From Callorhinchus milii (Eukaryota), in assembly GCF_018977255.1 (NCBI RefSeq), contig NW_024704742.1, forward strand, positions 123,196,001 to 123,260,000: a stretch of DNA of 64,000 bases, given 5' to 3'. Below the pieces are notes generated by a model. That model had not been told where the DNA came from. It made no database searches and was given only the letters and a program-made list of their open reading frames with translations. Numbering within the stretch: position 1 is the stretch's first letter; every line of letters begins with the position of its first letter. The translations under genes were made by a program, and so were the position numbers. This document shows, piece after piece, positions 24,268 through 37,745 of this stretch.

Positions 24268-24573
24268 TGAAGTCCTGTAGCTCAGTGGTTAGAGCACTCG
24301 CTTTGCAAGCGAGAGACCTGAGTTCAATTCCAGGCAGGGCGAAACCTTGGGCAAGTTTCCTTACTCCACACGCCTAATAATAATCCCTCCAAAACAATAA
24401 TAAATTGGTCATTTTCAATCTACAACTGTTTGTAGGACATTGCTGTGCGCAATTGGCTGCCGCGTTCGCCCACAAATATACAGTCAATTCACTTTACAAT
24501 GTGTTCTGTGAAGCGCTTTGGGACGTCCTCCCGACGTGAAAAGCACTATATCAAATGCAAGGATTATTATTAT
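24268..24573 (+). mobile_element. Full-length young family A short-form SINE
   Basis: Intact tRNA-like head with arm CTCGC-TTTGCAA-GCGAG; target-site duplication AAACAG at 24262-24267 and 24574-24579. Confidence 0.96.
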
Positions 24574-27500
24574 AAACAGAGACTATAATAAATAATAATA
24601 ATAATCCTTGGATTAGATATAGTGCTTTTCACGTCTTCTAGACGTCTTAAAGCGCTTCACAGAGTATATTGTAAAGTGAATTGACTGTATATTTGTGGGC
24701 GAAGTATGATATAACAATACACATTTTCATAAAATGTGATTACATATACGTTTGGTATATTTAGCCAAAGTAGCTTTTGAATGCAGAGGGTGAAAATTGT
24801 GGTATGTGATGTTAGAATTATCACTGGTGATAATAGCGCATTGTCGGACATTCTGTTCCTCGACATATCTCAATTGAAAACCGTTGTGGGGGAAGCAGCC
24901 CCTCCCCCACCTGCATTCAATCGCTTATGTCCTAGAGGTGCTTGCTACATCAATTTAAGCACTTTGAGACGTCCACCCGATGTGAAAGGCACTACATAAA
25001 TGTAAATGGTATTGTATTCGGCAGGCGTCAGCTTTGTCCCTACCACCAACACGAAATCCAGGATTCATACTGGCTGCCGCACACATCTACAAAATACACA
25101 GTCACTACATTTCACAGTAAATCCCGGGAAGCGCTTTGTGATGTGAAAGGCTTTGGGAATTGGCAAATATCTTCATGTAATGTCAAGCACACAGTATAGA
25201 TGTGGATAGGTTTAGCTTATAAGTATTGGCTGCTGTGTTCGGTCCAAAATACTAAGACGCTACACTTTACAGAAATTCCCTGTGAAGCAATCTGAGACAT
25301 TTTGACGCTATAACAAGGACTCTTGTTATTATTATAACCTAATCCCAAACAGCACGGCTGCTAAATATACTGCTGGACCTGCTTCCCATTTGAAAGGAGC
25401 AAATTATTTCCTTTTGAAAATTCATACTTTTACGAGGCAGTACTTTTGAAGTCAAGGTGACGTGACAACCTCAGATCATTTTACGATGCCTATGTTAGAA
25501 GGAATCATGTTAAAATGAACATCGCATTGGAAATTCAGATCTGTATGTTCTAACTCTTCCCCTGCATCTCATTGCAGACTACCTGCTGAGACTGTGTCTA
25601 AACCCCATTGGGACCACTTCCTCCTTTAAGCATCTGCCTCCAAATGTAATTTCCTTACAACAAATCATCACCTCCCCAATCTTTGATCCTTCCTCTAACA
25701 TCGGTTAGGAAATGAGAAACAGAGCTGGAGCCTCAGTTGAAATGCGCTGAACAAGTTGAAAGCTCTGTTCAGTGTTATGGACAGAGTTGAAAGGAACGCT
25801 GAGAACAACATCAGATAAGAGAAGGAAATGAGAACAAAATTAAAAGAAGTTTCAAAGTTAAACAAAGAAAATAAAACATCTCAAGGATAAATGTGGAACA
25901 ATTATTGAGACAACTCAAAGGAATAATGGAGAAACAGAAGTAGATAAGAAGGTTGCTATAGAACGAGACTGCAGAGGAACAAAGGGTTATTGTAGAATTA
26001 TGTGATTCTCTTCAAACCGTGTGAAGGGAAACTGACTACTGACCTTCAAATAGCCAAAGAGACAGAGCTGATTGAGGTATTTAACAGCAAGAGAGAGAGA
26101 TACTTGGCAAGTGAGGATGTTAAGGGATAAGGAGAAAAGCTGGAGTTACGGAATAAAAGAGTTGCAATAGGCTAATGCCAAGAAAGACTAAATACCCTGA
26201 CCCAAGGCTTAAAACCGCAGCCTTCTGCCTCAGAGGTGAGAATGCTATGGACTGAGCCAGGCTGACACATTTGGGACATTCTTGGATTTGTACTAGTAGC
26301 CCCGTTCCTGTTCCCACCCGCAGACTGGCGTTTGAGTAACAATAATAATAATCCTTGCATTTGATATCACGCTTCACACCACATCATGGGACACCAGTGG
26401 AGTTAAGACGGCATCCTATGATGCTGTAGTAAAATAACAAATGACAATGGCAACTTGGTATCAAATGGGGGCAGGTAAATGAACCAAATTTTAATTGGCC
26501 GGGATCCAATTCTTCATGAACGTAACATTTACTCTGAACGTTCCCAATTCACAGAATGCCCTCTGAGCTCTTGGTCTGCTCTCTCTCCTCCACTGCAATA
26601 TCATAACTTCTGTAACCCTTCTCTCAGGCAGAGAACTCTTCTCAACTACATTACTCACGTCTTTCACTGATGAAGTGGCACTTACAAATCCTCCCCATCA
26701 GGTCTGACTTGGATTTAAATGCTCACCTTTTGATGTCCTCTTTCAGATGTGCAAGTTCTGCAAGAATTCCTCTTTGATCTGGGCAAATTGATCCTTTTCT
26801 CTCTATTTTTCCTGAGGGGCAGGAACACTGGGAGTCGTCCTAAACCGCAGACAGTTTAGCTTTTGATGTGATCTCCCAGCATTCACATTGTCACTAACAT
26901 TGGCAATCACAGGAAAATTGAGCCCCCTTAAGAGGTTACACAATTTTAATGATATTTCTCACGTTTCAAATACAACCACTGCAATCATTGCGCTGGTGGT
27001 ATGGACTTTCTGTTTATTCAGGTGATTTAGCTTAATACTAGAAGAATCTGCAAAATGTTACCAGCTTGTTTGTCTGCATCAAATTGCTCTTATCTCCCAG
27101 ACCTCTGCAGGTGTTACTATAAACTACAAAACATGTCAGATTTAAAGAATTCTATGTTGAATTTTATAACATTCCGGGGAATTTTCCAATTCCCGCTTCA
27201 TTCAACAATAAGCATTTCTTTGATTACAGCAGACAGTAACATAAGCAGCAACCCAGTTGTATCCCTATAAATCATTTTAATGAAAGTGAAATTTATACAG
27301 GTGTTGTTTCACGTATTAAGGACACATTTTGCAAGATATATGTGTTTGCAACAACTGTACATGAGTTAATGTCCCTTTCCTGCTGATCAAGCAAATGATC
27401 TTCGAAGAAATACAGTCACTTTGTATAGTTTGAAATTAATCAGCCAGACAGGTAACAAATGCAAACAATAACAACGAAAGCTCTAAATCACTCTACAGCC

Positions 27501-28180
27501 TTTAAGAAAAACAAACTTCAGCTCCTCTGATAGAATAGTATGGTATGCATTAAATTACGCAGGTTGGAAAGGATCTAGATTTAATCTCTAGGATCTGTTC
27601 ACTACTGATTCTTTGTTTTAAAACCATTACCTTAAAATTTGCAGAATTATGACAAATTCTTAAATTCAATCTGAATTTGGAAGCCAGTTTTATGGACTTA
27701 TTAAAGAAGATCTTTACTTCCAGAATTAAAACTGATTTTCAGAATTTTCCAATACTCTGTGTGATCTTAAATTTTAAGTTCAATAATAATAATAATCCTT
27801 GCATTTGATATAGCGCTTTTCACGTCTTCCAGACGTCTCAAAGAGCTTCACAGAATATACTGTAAAGTGAATTGACCATATATAGTCTTAACTCTAAGAC
27901 AATGGGAAATATTACTCTCCAAGATAAATGAAAACAGGGATAGTTCCTCCAATGATTCATTTGGTAAGTTTGCCACCCAATACAGATCTGAGTCACACCA
28001 ACCAGGAGGGTCCCAGACTGTACACAGTTAGCTGATATCTGCTAGAACAGCAGTAAGGGTGTTAACAATTGGCCTCAACAATTTTGAATGAGATGGAAAA
28101 AATAGACATGGATTCAGCCCCCTAATTAGCATTCTTTGTGGAACCAACATGTTTCTAGAGTAAAGACAGGAGTGGGCTTA

Positions 28181-28499
28181 ATAATAATATTAATAATAAT
28201 CCTTGCATTTGATATAGCGCTTTTCACGTCGGGAGGACGTCCCAAAGCGCTTCACAGAACACACTGTAAAGTGAATTGACTATATTTGTGGGCGAACGCG
28301 GCAGCTAATTGCGCACAGCAATGTCCCACAAACAGTCGTAGATTGAAAATGACCAATTTATTATTGTTTTGGTTTTGGAGGGATTATTATTAGGCGTGTG
28401 GAGTAAGGAAACTTGCCCAAGGTTTCGCCCTGCTTGGGATTGAACCCAGGTGTCTTGCTTGCAAAGCGAGTGCTCTAACCACTGAGCTACAGGACTCCA
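28181..28499 (-). mobile_element. Full-length young family A short-form SINE inserted in a family C repeat
   Basis: Near-identical to 24268-24573; CTTAA duplicated at 28177-28181 and 28500-28504; family C sequence continues on both sides. Confidence 0.95.
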
Positions 28500-29095
28500 C
28501 TTAACTGTGCTCCCCCCCACCCACCCTCATGGTTACCTGGTCAATGAAAACTCAATATGTTTTGAAGAATGGCCACTTAAGCAGGGCATTGGAAGGTTCA
28601 CACCCATGGAACTATACCTCAATACAAATCATTGTCTTTAGATGAGGAGGAAAGAACATTTGAGTAGGATTCTTATTTTGCATATTTATATTTAGAGCTG
28701 ACAAGACCGTACACGAAAAGTGAATGTCGAAAAGAGCATCCAATTTAGGAATTGCACCTTACTTCTCTCACTAAAAATATTGTTGAGAATTGCTGTAAAT
28801 GTGACACATTCAGATGTTATAACAGATGCCAGGAGGCTGGCAGCTGATGTAGACATAGATTTTTGATAAGTGTTGAAATGAAGCATTTGTTTGTTTGGTT
28901 CCTGCTGAGAAACTGTAATGTTCAGTAAAATGTATGCTGCTGTGGCAAGCTACAAGGTCATCTTCCTCTTCTCTTACTGTTTGTTTTATTTCAAAGCATA
29001 ATCAGTCACAGTAAGAGATTGCCTCTCAGTAAACCGATAAACCCATTCTTCTGGATTAGAATGTAGGCTTGGAAGCAAGGTTCTGTTTGGACTTA

Positions 29096-29452
29096 TAATA
29101 ATAATAATCTTTGCACTTGATATAGCGCCTTACCACATCTTCGAGACGTCTCAAAGCGCATCACAGAATATACTGTAAAGTGAATTGACTGTATATTTTG
29201 TGAGTGAAACGCGGCTGCCAGTTGCAGACAGCAGTGTCCCACAAACACTAAAGTGACCAATTTTTTTTGAAGGAATTATTACCCGCAGAAAAGCGATCCC
29301 CCAATCGACTAACAACCTGGTTCCTACTTACTGCTAGGTAAACAGAGGAGTGTGGAGTAAGGAAACTTGTCCAACATTTTGCCCTGCCAGGAATTGAACC
29401 CAAGTCTCTCGCTTATGAGGCGAGTGCTCTAATCACTGAGCTACAGAACTCC
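29096..29452 (-). mobile_element. Full-length family A long-form SINE
   Basis: Head, central block and tail (loop CTCGAAG) all present. Confidence 0.92.
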
Positions 29453-30784
29453 ATGAACTTGGTCCACATTGTGGCTCGCAGTTTCACTATTAGGACATTA
29501 GGCTCCTTGTCATTTGTTATCATGTTTGCAGGCAAATCTGAGTTTTTCTGAATGTCTATATCATCACTGCATTCTCTATGTCCTCTTTGGTAAATCTCCA
29601 TGGCTCTGTGCTTTCCTAGTTTTATTCTTACCTGTCCCTCCATCATCATTATGTCTCTTCTGATGGCTTTTCTTCCTGACCTGCTTCATACTTCCTGCTC
29701 GCTCTGTCCCACCATCAGCAGACAAGGCTTCAGCCTCACTCCCTCCCTCTCTGCATTCTAAAAACCTATCTCTTTCCCAGCTTTTCTAACCTATCTGCCC
29801 CCCATCTCTCTTGTTTCCCTTCCTTCCCAGGCTCCTGTTCAATCTTTGTAAAATGTTTTGAGACGTTCACACTATGTGAAAGGAACTGTATAATTCCAAA
29901 TTGTTGTTTTACAATATAATAAAACTATTAAAGTGACGTATTGTTGTGTTCATGGGAAAGGGGGATATTTAAACAGTTACTTTCCTTACCATGTGCAATC
30001 TTTCAGGCAAATCTTATTCAAAAAATGTGCACACAATGAAGAGCTGCTTTGAACATGTTTTAAGTGTGGGAAAAAATTACACTCAGGACTGTTGTAGACC
30101 AAAACAGAGAACACTGCACTGCTGTCTTTCTTCCAACTACAGTAACAGAGAAGTAGGACAGGGATTTCCTTGCTATAACTAGGAGCCATGGGAGCAATTG
30201 AATGTAAGGAAGGTAAGTGTTATCCATATCCTTAAAGTAGTCTTATTCCAGAATTGTAAGGGTTGCATGATGCTTGTATTTTGTGCTGCCAAAAAGAAAT
30301 ATTTTCCCACGTGTTTGAGATTTTCAAGCATCCGACCACATGTTTATTCTGCCCCAGTCATCTCTTCCCTGGTGCTTCAAGACAGATTAGAAGTTTGAAA
30401 GGTTGGCGGGTGAGTGTTTGGTTACTTCCTGAGGTGGGTGAGCCTGGGATGTTGTGATTTTTTTTCTTGTTTTTACAGGTGATTGTGCTTGCTGATTTCT
30501 AACCCTCCCTGCTCCCTCTACTGCTCCAGTACAGAAGAGACTTCATAATATAAAAATAATCTTTGCCATTTGTTAAGAGTTTTTCACATTGGGAGAACAT
30601 CTCAAAGTGGTTCACAGGACATTTCCTGTGGTATGTAGCAACTGTGTAGGCAAGTGCAACAGTCAACTAAAAAACATACCCTAGCTTTACTTTGTGGAGA
30701 AAAAAAATATTTGAATGTTCCTTAAGTGGAAGGAAATGCTGTACATGAACACCAGCTCAGACATTCTGCCAGAGCTCTCTATCT

Positions 30785-31165
30785 TTTTTTGATCAGTCGG
30801 GTGTCTGACACATGCGGAAACGCATGACTATGCTTCAGAGTATCCAAGCCAAGCTGAGATTCCCATGCATCCCACCTACACATGGAAATTCCAGAGATAG
30901 ATTGTTGGAATGGAATGTGCTCTCTCCCCCTGGAGGGATGCATCCTGTTTACCTAATTTTGAAAAGTATCAGGCGCAGGTTGGCAAGGGCCAAGGTTTAG
31001 GGACCCCAGAGTGTGCATTTGGGGTAACTGCTGGAGTTTAACCAGCTCATACTGCATAACATGCCATTGATATCGCTGACTGGCAAGCTTTCCTACTGCT
31101 TGTCCAGATAGGACCACCATAACCGTTAGGGCTTTGGCTTACAGGTCTAACAGGAACAGAGTCTC
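30785..31165 (-). mobile_element. Family D repeat, second copy
   Basis: Collinear with 20225-20600 (ccctggagggatgcatcc, caggttggcaagRgccaagg, gaccccagagtgtgc, ctgctggagtYtaaccagct). Confidence 0.75.
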
Positions 31166-31174
31166 CCAAGCCAG

Positions 31175-31425
31175 ACTAGGAACATAGGAAAACAGAAACA
31201 GGAGGTGGCCATTCAGCCCATCAAGCCTGTTCTCCCAGTTTATTAGATCTTGGCAGATCTTCTAACTATAATTCCCCATCCGTTTGGACATACCCCTTGA
31301 TGCTTCTCCCACCCAAGTGCCTGTCTTCTTTTTAAACGTTCCTATTGATTCCACCTCTACAGTTTCCTGGGACAGAGCATTCCCAATCTTCACAGTGTGA
31401 AGAAATGCTTCCTGGCCTCATTTCT
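31175..31425 (-). mobile_element. CR1 LINE 3' end
   Basis: ggaacataggaaaacagaaacaggaggtggccattcagcccatcaagcctg matches the CR1 terminus at 16609-16680. Confidence 0.8.
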
Positions 31426-33029
31426 GACTGTGAGCTGCATTGCCAAATCGATTGCGTGACTGATTTTGTAACCAATGTTAGGTGCAGGTAGTTTAAAGGG
31501 CATTTTGACCACTCTGGACAAGCTGTTCAAAACATATGCATAGCAGAACATTTCAATCCAACACACAGCTCATCCCAGCAAATTTATAGCCCTGTGGATA
31601 CAAAGCAACAGGAAATGCACCCAACAACCAGCAGTTACAGGCCTCTCCAGCTGCACATTGTTGTTGTTCACCCTAATACATAAGAGAAAATAACATTCAT
31701 TATATGTTTTACCAGTGGTGGATTTTCACAAAAAATGGTCATGTTTTTACCAGAAGGGACTTCAACTGTGCAGATTTTCTATTTATGGAAATACAAGTTC
31801 AGGGTTGAATTTGGCAGGGTTTGAAAGACTAAATTGATTATGCTGCCAAGTGAAATGCACTCTGCGACCTACTCTTTTATGAAATATAATCAGCAGATTT
31901 AAGTATGGATAATCGCACATTTCCTTTCAATCGCCATCTAAACACAAGTAGGAGGCTTTTGCAGATCCTAAAACTAAAACAAAATGCAGCATTCCTAGAG
32001 TTAAACAGTTTTATCCCACACTCTCTATGAAGGATTACTGTGCTATCAAAAAAAGAATTGTTTTAAATACTGGAAAACTTTATACAATTAACTATAATAA
32101 TAAGCCTTGCATTTGATACAGCGGCATTCACGTCAGGAGGGCATCTCAAAGCTATTTACAGGATTTTACTGTAAAGTGTAGTGACTGTGTATTTTACAGT
32201 TGAACACAGCAGCCGATTTGCGCACAGCAATGTTACACAAACAACCATAAAGTATGATTACTGCATAAAATAAAACAGAATTTATTTGTGTATATCGTGT
32301 TTTAATGTGTCAATTGTTTCTTTTTTTGTAAAAGAAAACTCCAGTTAAAATATAAGATATTTGACAGAAATTGATGCTTAATGATGGCAATTACCTATTT
32401 ACAACAAAGTGACCCAAACTGTATCTAACCTTTTGAAAGTATTCATTACAAAACAACATGGCTATTTTCTCTCATGATCTCTGGTTCCTGAAAGCACAGA
32501 TTATTGCAGCTCAGGTCGTCAACATATTCCCTCATCATCCCAGTTGAGTCCAATCTTGTCCCTGATTCACATAAGCACACTTCCCAATATGAGGCCATTG
32601 GATAAAGATCAGGCATGGGAACAGTGACTGTTTTTCCCCTCCCTTGCCTGGAGATACTGAAGCTAATATTGCCCTACCTCCTGCTGGTTAAAATCAATTA
32701 ACCCGCACAGAAACTTAGTGGCAGTCCTGATCTGTCTGACTCAGTGATATGCAACTTAAAGAGTATTTATCTACAAAGACAATGCGGAAGCCCCCAAGCC
32801 ATTTTGATAAAGACAAATGTCCCAATGTTTTGCTAGCAGCAAATGAAAACAGTGGGAGAAAATCTTCCCGATTGTTAACAGAGGGAATGTACTATTGAAA
32901 TTTGTTAGGAACAATGGAATTTGAGTTGACAATTATTGACTAGTTTTGGGTGTGAATAGCCTCTCTCCCCATTCCCAGCCTTGATACGGTAGTTGGGTTT
33001 TGAAAATTTGATTCCTGTTTCATATGGGC

Positions 33030-33320
33030 CCAGTTCAGCCACGAGGTGAATGATCATTGATCTAGAGGATTATTGGCCAAGTCAAAAAACTCCTCTTTTC
33101 AAATAGATGTCAAGGGATCTTTAGTGCCCATCTGAACAGGTAGACACGGGACATCAGTTTACCATCTCAGCCGAAAGATGGCACCTCTGCAAAATGCTGC
33201 GTTCCATCAGCACTACACTGGAATGTCCACTTGATCTGTGAGCTCAAGCCCCGATGTGGGGCTTCAATTCACCATCATCTGATCTAGAGGAGAGAATGCA
33301 ATCATTATACTAAGCTAACA
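33030..33320 (-). mobile_element. Family B SINE
   Basis: gggatcttt..catctgaacag..cagtttaccatctcagccgaaagatggcacctc..head, on the reverse strand. Confidence 0.75.
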
Positions 33321-34299
33321 CAAAATGCGGCCCATTGCTCCACTAGTACGTTTGACTTACAACCCGACAGCTGCATTTCCAGGAGGAGGTCACGGGAGAA
33401 GTGGAACCTTGCAAGATCTGGAGCCGGCAAAACTGCCCATTCTACATTACCAGTGGATCTGAAGACAACTGTGATAGAACAAACCCGCTAACTGTGATTT
33501 CTACAAGATAATAATAATCCTTGCATTGATATAGCATCTTATTACATCGTTGAGACATCTCAAAGCGCTTCACAGAATATAGTGTAAAGTGGATTGACTG
33601 TGTATTTTGTGGGCGAAAAAAGATCGTTAGCCGTGGAGACAGAAAACAAAGGGTTTTTCTTCTTTTGGAATAGAAAAACCACAAACCTTCTCCAGACATG
33701 TTTGATCAAGAACAATCAGCTTATTTTGTAAATATAGTATGTTAGCACGGACTATAATTTGAGTGTTGGGCTTACAGGGGGAATTCTTGGTGTTCTGAAC
33801 TATATAATTAATTCTGAACTATAGAATTACAAAATTGATTTTGATGAATTGCATGATTAAGGACACTTAGAATTCCCTCCGTAAACACACTTTAGCACAA
33901 TCCATTGGTTAGCACAATCCATAAAATACTCCCTTATATGTTCAAAATAGATTTCCTCAAATGGAGGCAATATATTCATCCAGAGTGCGAAACTAAGCAA
34001 AGCTATTTTAAATGATTTCAACGGCCTTCATAAAATAATACACAGTAATCAAAGCAAAACAAAATCTGCCTCTTTTATGTTGTGTTTATACTGCATGTTT
34101 GGCAGTAAATCACCACAGTTTTGCAGCAAAATGTAACAACAATTTACAGTTATGTAGCGACTTTCACATGTCTCAAAACACTTTAGCTGACTGGAAACCC
34201 AAAGCATAGAGTCACTACACTTTACAGTAAAATGTAATCCAAGCATAGTTGATTATGCTGAGGCTAAGTGGCTGATGAAATATGTTGTTGAATAACAGT

Positions 34300-34620
34300 G
34301 ATGATGCAATTTGCACAACAGCAAGGTCCAACAAACAGCCATGAAATTAAATTACCAATTTTATCTGGGGGATTGTTGCCCAGGACACCAGGCGAAAATC
34401 CCTTCTCTTTTCAAAATAGTGCAATGGGATCTTTAACGTCCATCTGAATAGGCAAATAGAACTGTGGTTCATTTTCTCATCTGAAAGACACGCCCCCAAA
34501 AATGGAACATACTCCCAGCACTGCACTGGACTGTCATACAATGGAATTCAAAGTCCAGACATGGGACTTCAACTCACAACCTACTGGCAAGGGTGCTACC
34601 AAATGCATCAGGCTGGCATA
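34300..34620 (-). mobile_element. Family B SINE
   Basis: Same Deu-like motifs as 33030-33320 and 58270-58670. Confidence 0.75.
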
Positions 34621-36089
34621 TAAAGAAGATTTTTATGCTACTATCAATTTGTAGGATTTAAGATTAAGAGGTTTCTTCATAAGAAATGTGTAATTAGCAA
34701 ATTTATTAAAGAATACATTCTAAATACATTCAATATTTTCAAAATTTGATAATGATACACTTCTTATTAAGAAACATATGAGGAAATACAGCAAATTGGA
34801 CCCTATTATGTGATTTCTATTGCATTAATTGCAGGGCTTTGGTTCAGGTCCTTAATAAACATCGGTCTGCCTGAAGATTTATATTCTGTTGGCTCTAGTG
34901 ATGGTTGCAATCAGTGAACCCTGAATGAACTATGTGAATCTATCTACTATCATATCCAATCCCAGTAAACATACAGCAGTTTGTCATTTGAATGTGTGCA
35001 CAGCTGGATAAAGTGGGGGCGTAAACACAAGAACACAAGAGAGAATGGAATGAAGGACCTTTAGGTCAATTAATCTTTTTCTTCACAAATATCCACCTTA
35101 TCATCAACAACAACAAGTTGTATTCATATAGCGCCCTTCACGTGGGGCAGCGTCTCGTAGCATTTAACATTGGTGCAGTCTGATGTCGAGCTAGGGGAGG
35201 GAGGAGGTCTTCCTATTCCACTTTCCTATTACAGCATCAAGCTGGTTCTTGAATGCGTCCAATATCCTGGCCTTAAATTATCTTTCCCGGTAACACACTC
35301 AAGATGTTGCTAAACTTATGTGTAAAAATACTTCCTGATATTTATTTTAAAAAATGTCTTTCACAGCTCTGACCTCTTGACATGCTGTTTTGGCATATAA
35401 GAAAGCATTGTTCTGGGTTTAATGTCTCTCCATTTTAGTATTTTGTACAACTCTATAACCAAGTACTCTGGTTTCATTTCAGATTTCAGATCCCACAGGA
35501 GTCTGGCCAGTGACACTACAAGCTTTGGAGGTGACCAGAGATCAGGCTGAATGTGCACCTGAGATGATATTAATGTATATTGAAGGGCGCTATATAAATA
35601 TAACTTGTTGTTGTAGCCTCATTTATGGATCATCGACTATTATAACAGCAGCAATAAAAAAATTCTGATTCTTTTATTAGCACAACTAGGAGGTGGAGCA
35701 ACCACGGTTAGACCACCATGAAGAGACAGTCTTGCTTTAAAGAAAAATACCACCATGTTGGCTGCTCTTCAACGTTAAATCATCTCCCAGACATGTTACA
35801 AGATCTCTTGCCTTCAATTTTGCCAAGAATTCTCCAGCTAGCACTTCACTATGGGGCTGCATGGGTTGAAGCTATGGACAATAGAAAACACTAAAGATTC
35901 TAGAGAGCGGGTGTTTTTAAGAGATTAATACATCATAACATTTGCAAGTTGTTTTGTTCCCCTTTAATCTTCATCAATGTTTTGGCAGACAAGTGTATGT
36001 TAAAAACAAATCACAATTTGATTGTTCAAGGACAGGATCCAATTTGTGGTTTTTCTTATTCGCTGGTTTTCCAAATAATAATAAAAAAA

Positions 36090-36437
36090 GTAATCCTTGT
36101 ATTTGATATAGCCCCTTATCACATCTTCGAGACGTCTCAAAGCACTTCACAGAACATACTGTAAAGTGAATTGACTGTAAATTTTGTGGGTGAAACGCGG
36201 CAACCAATTGTGCACAGCAGTGTCCTACAAAGAATCATGGATTGAAGTGACCAAGTTATTATCATTTTTTTGAAGGAATTATTACCCCGGAAAAGTGATC
36301 CGCCAATCGACTAACAATAGTTGCCTACTTGCTGCTAGGTAAACAGAGGCATGTGAGTAAGAAAACTTGCCAAATATTTCACCGTGTCGGGAATTAAACC
36401 CAGGTGAGTGCTCTAACCACTGAGCTACAGGACTCCA
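36090..36437 (-). mobile_element. Family A long-form SINE
   Basis: Collinear with 29096-29452; deletion within the anticodon-arm region. Confidence 0.9.
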
Positions 36438-36549
36438 AATGCAATATAAAACATCAAAGGCAACAACCAAAATCCTTTAGAGGCAGCAATTTATAGTCAC
36501 TAATTACAGTAAACATATAGCAAAGTAATAGTTTAGCGCCACAATAACC

Positions 36550-36640
36550 AACAGAAACCAGTAATATGCCATACTAACTAACAGGAACCAGCAATATACT
36601 ATGCCAAAAAAACAGGAGCCAACAATATGCTTTGCTGACC
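36550..36640. repeat. Degenerate minisatellite, 3 x ~30 bp
   Basis: aacagRaRccaRYaatatRcY units starting at 36550, 36580 and 36611. Confidence 0.7.
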
Positions 36641-37419
36641 AGTAGTGACTCTGGGTAGCCCCCTCATGTCACAGGGACCAGAACAGTACACAGCACTCTA
36701 GTTGCTACCTGACCAGAGCTCTATATAGCTTGAGTGTGACTTCTAAGAATCTGAACTCAGCTAAATTGGCATTATAGCCTAGCATCCTGTTTGCCTTGTT
36801 TATTCCTGCCACACACTGTTTTGACATAGCCATCGACGATTGAACAGACATCCCTAGATCTCTTAAAAAAAAGTCAGTGCCACAGGGATAGTAGGTACAC
36901 CTTCCTAGGTCCTATTATGGTTATGTTTGTTCATCCCAGAAGATGTTTACACGTTTCGCCCACAAAATAAACAGTCAATCCACTTTACAGTATATCCTGT
37001 GAAGCATTTTGAGACGTGTTGAAGACATGATAAGGTTCTATATCAAATGCAAGGATTATTATTGTAGAAGATGGAAGCCCTGTATAGTACAGATGATCCG
37101 CCCCATTAATCATCCTAAACCAGCCACAAGCCAATACCACTTTGGGGTCCAAATTCCACTCAGTGCCTTTGGATATGTGTAACTATAACAGGAAATCTCA
37201 TTCAATGCCAGTAACGCCAAAGATTATAGGCATAATGTGCAGTGCAGAAACAGCAGGCCAGGTGAAGGATTAGTTTCAAAACTGTGTTGTTGAACAGTCC
37301 GTCCTCCAAAAATTTTATCTTGGGTTCAAAATGGTTCGGTATTCTGGAAGGATAAGATGAAATGAGACAAAGGCCTTTTTTAAAATCCATGTTAAGATAC
37401 TCACACTCGCCTACACTAG

Positions 37420-37745
37420 CCTTGGCACTTAATGCCGCAGCACCTCTCTGCCTCTCCAATCTGCTCCCACCCCACTTCTCTACCCAACCCTCACCACTTG
37501 GCTGGCTCAGGCATTCTGCACGTCCATCAACCCCTTCAGCCACTATGCCCCTAACTATTGGAATTCCCTGCCTCAATCTCTCTGCCTTGCCCTCACCTTC
37601 AGATTTCCCCCCAAAGGTTTTCCTCTTTGACCATGCCTATGATCCCAACCACCAGCTCGGGTCCAGATCCCTGACTGTCCACCGCCTTGGGACGTCCTCC
37701 TGACGTGAAAGGCGCTTTGCAAATGTAATTTGTCGTTGTTGTTTT
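37420..37745 (+). mobile_element. L2 3' fragment, tail type 1
   Basis: cgccttgggacgtcctcctgacgtgaaaggcgct...ttgtcgttgttgtt tail preceded by FLFDHAY-like sequence. Confidence 0.8.

Noticed and set aside
24268..24342. tRNA-Ala(TGC)-like cloverleaf, also at 3920-3995, 28425-28499, 59020-59092 and 61815-61890
   Set aside because: Each is the head of a SINE followed by the same body and tail, with an imperfect acceptor/T stem and no oligo-T terminator. Not tRNA genes.
33790..33925. Short direct duplications (ttctgaactataNaatta x2; ttagcacaatccat x2)
   Set aside because: Ordinary slippage-scale duplications with no further structure.
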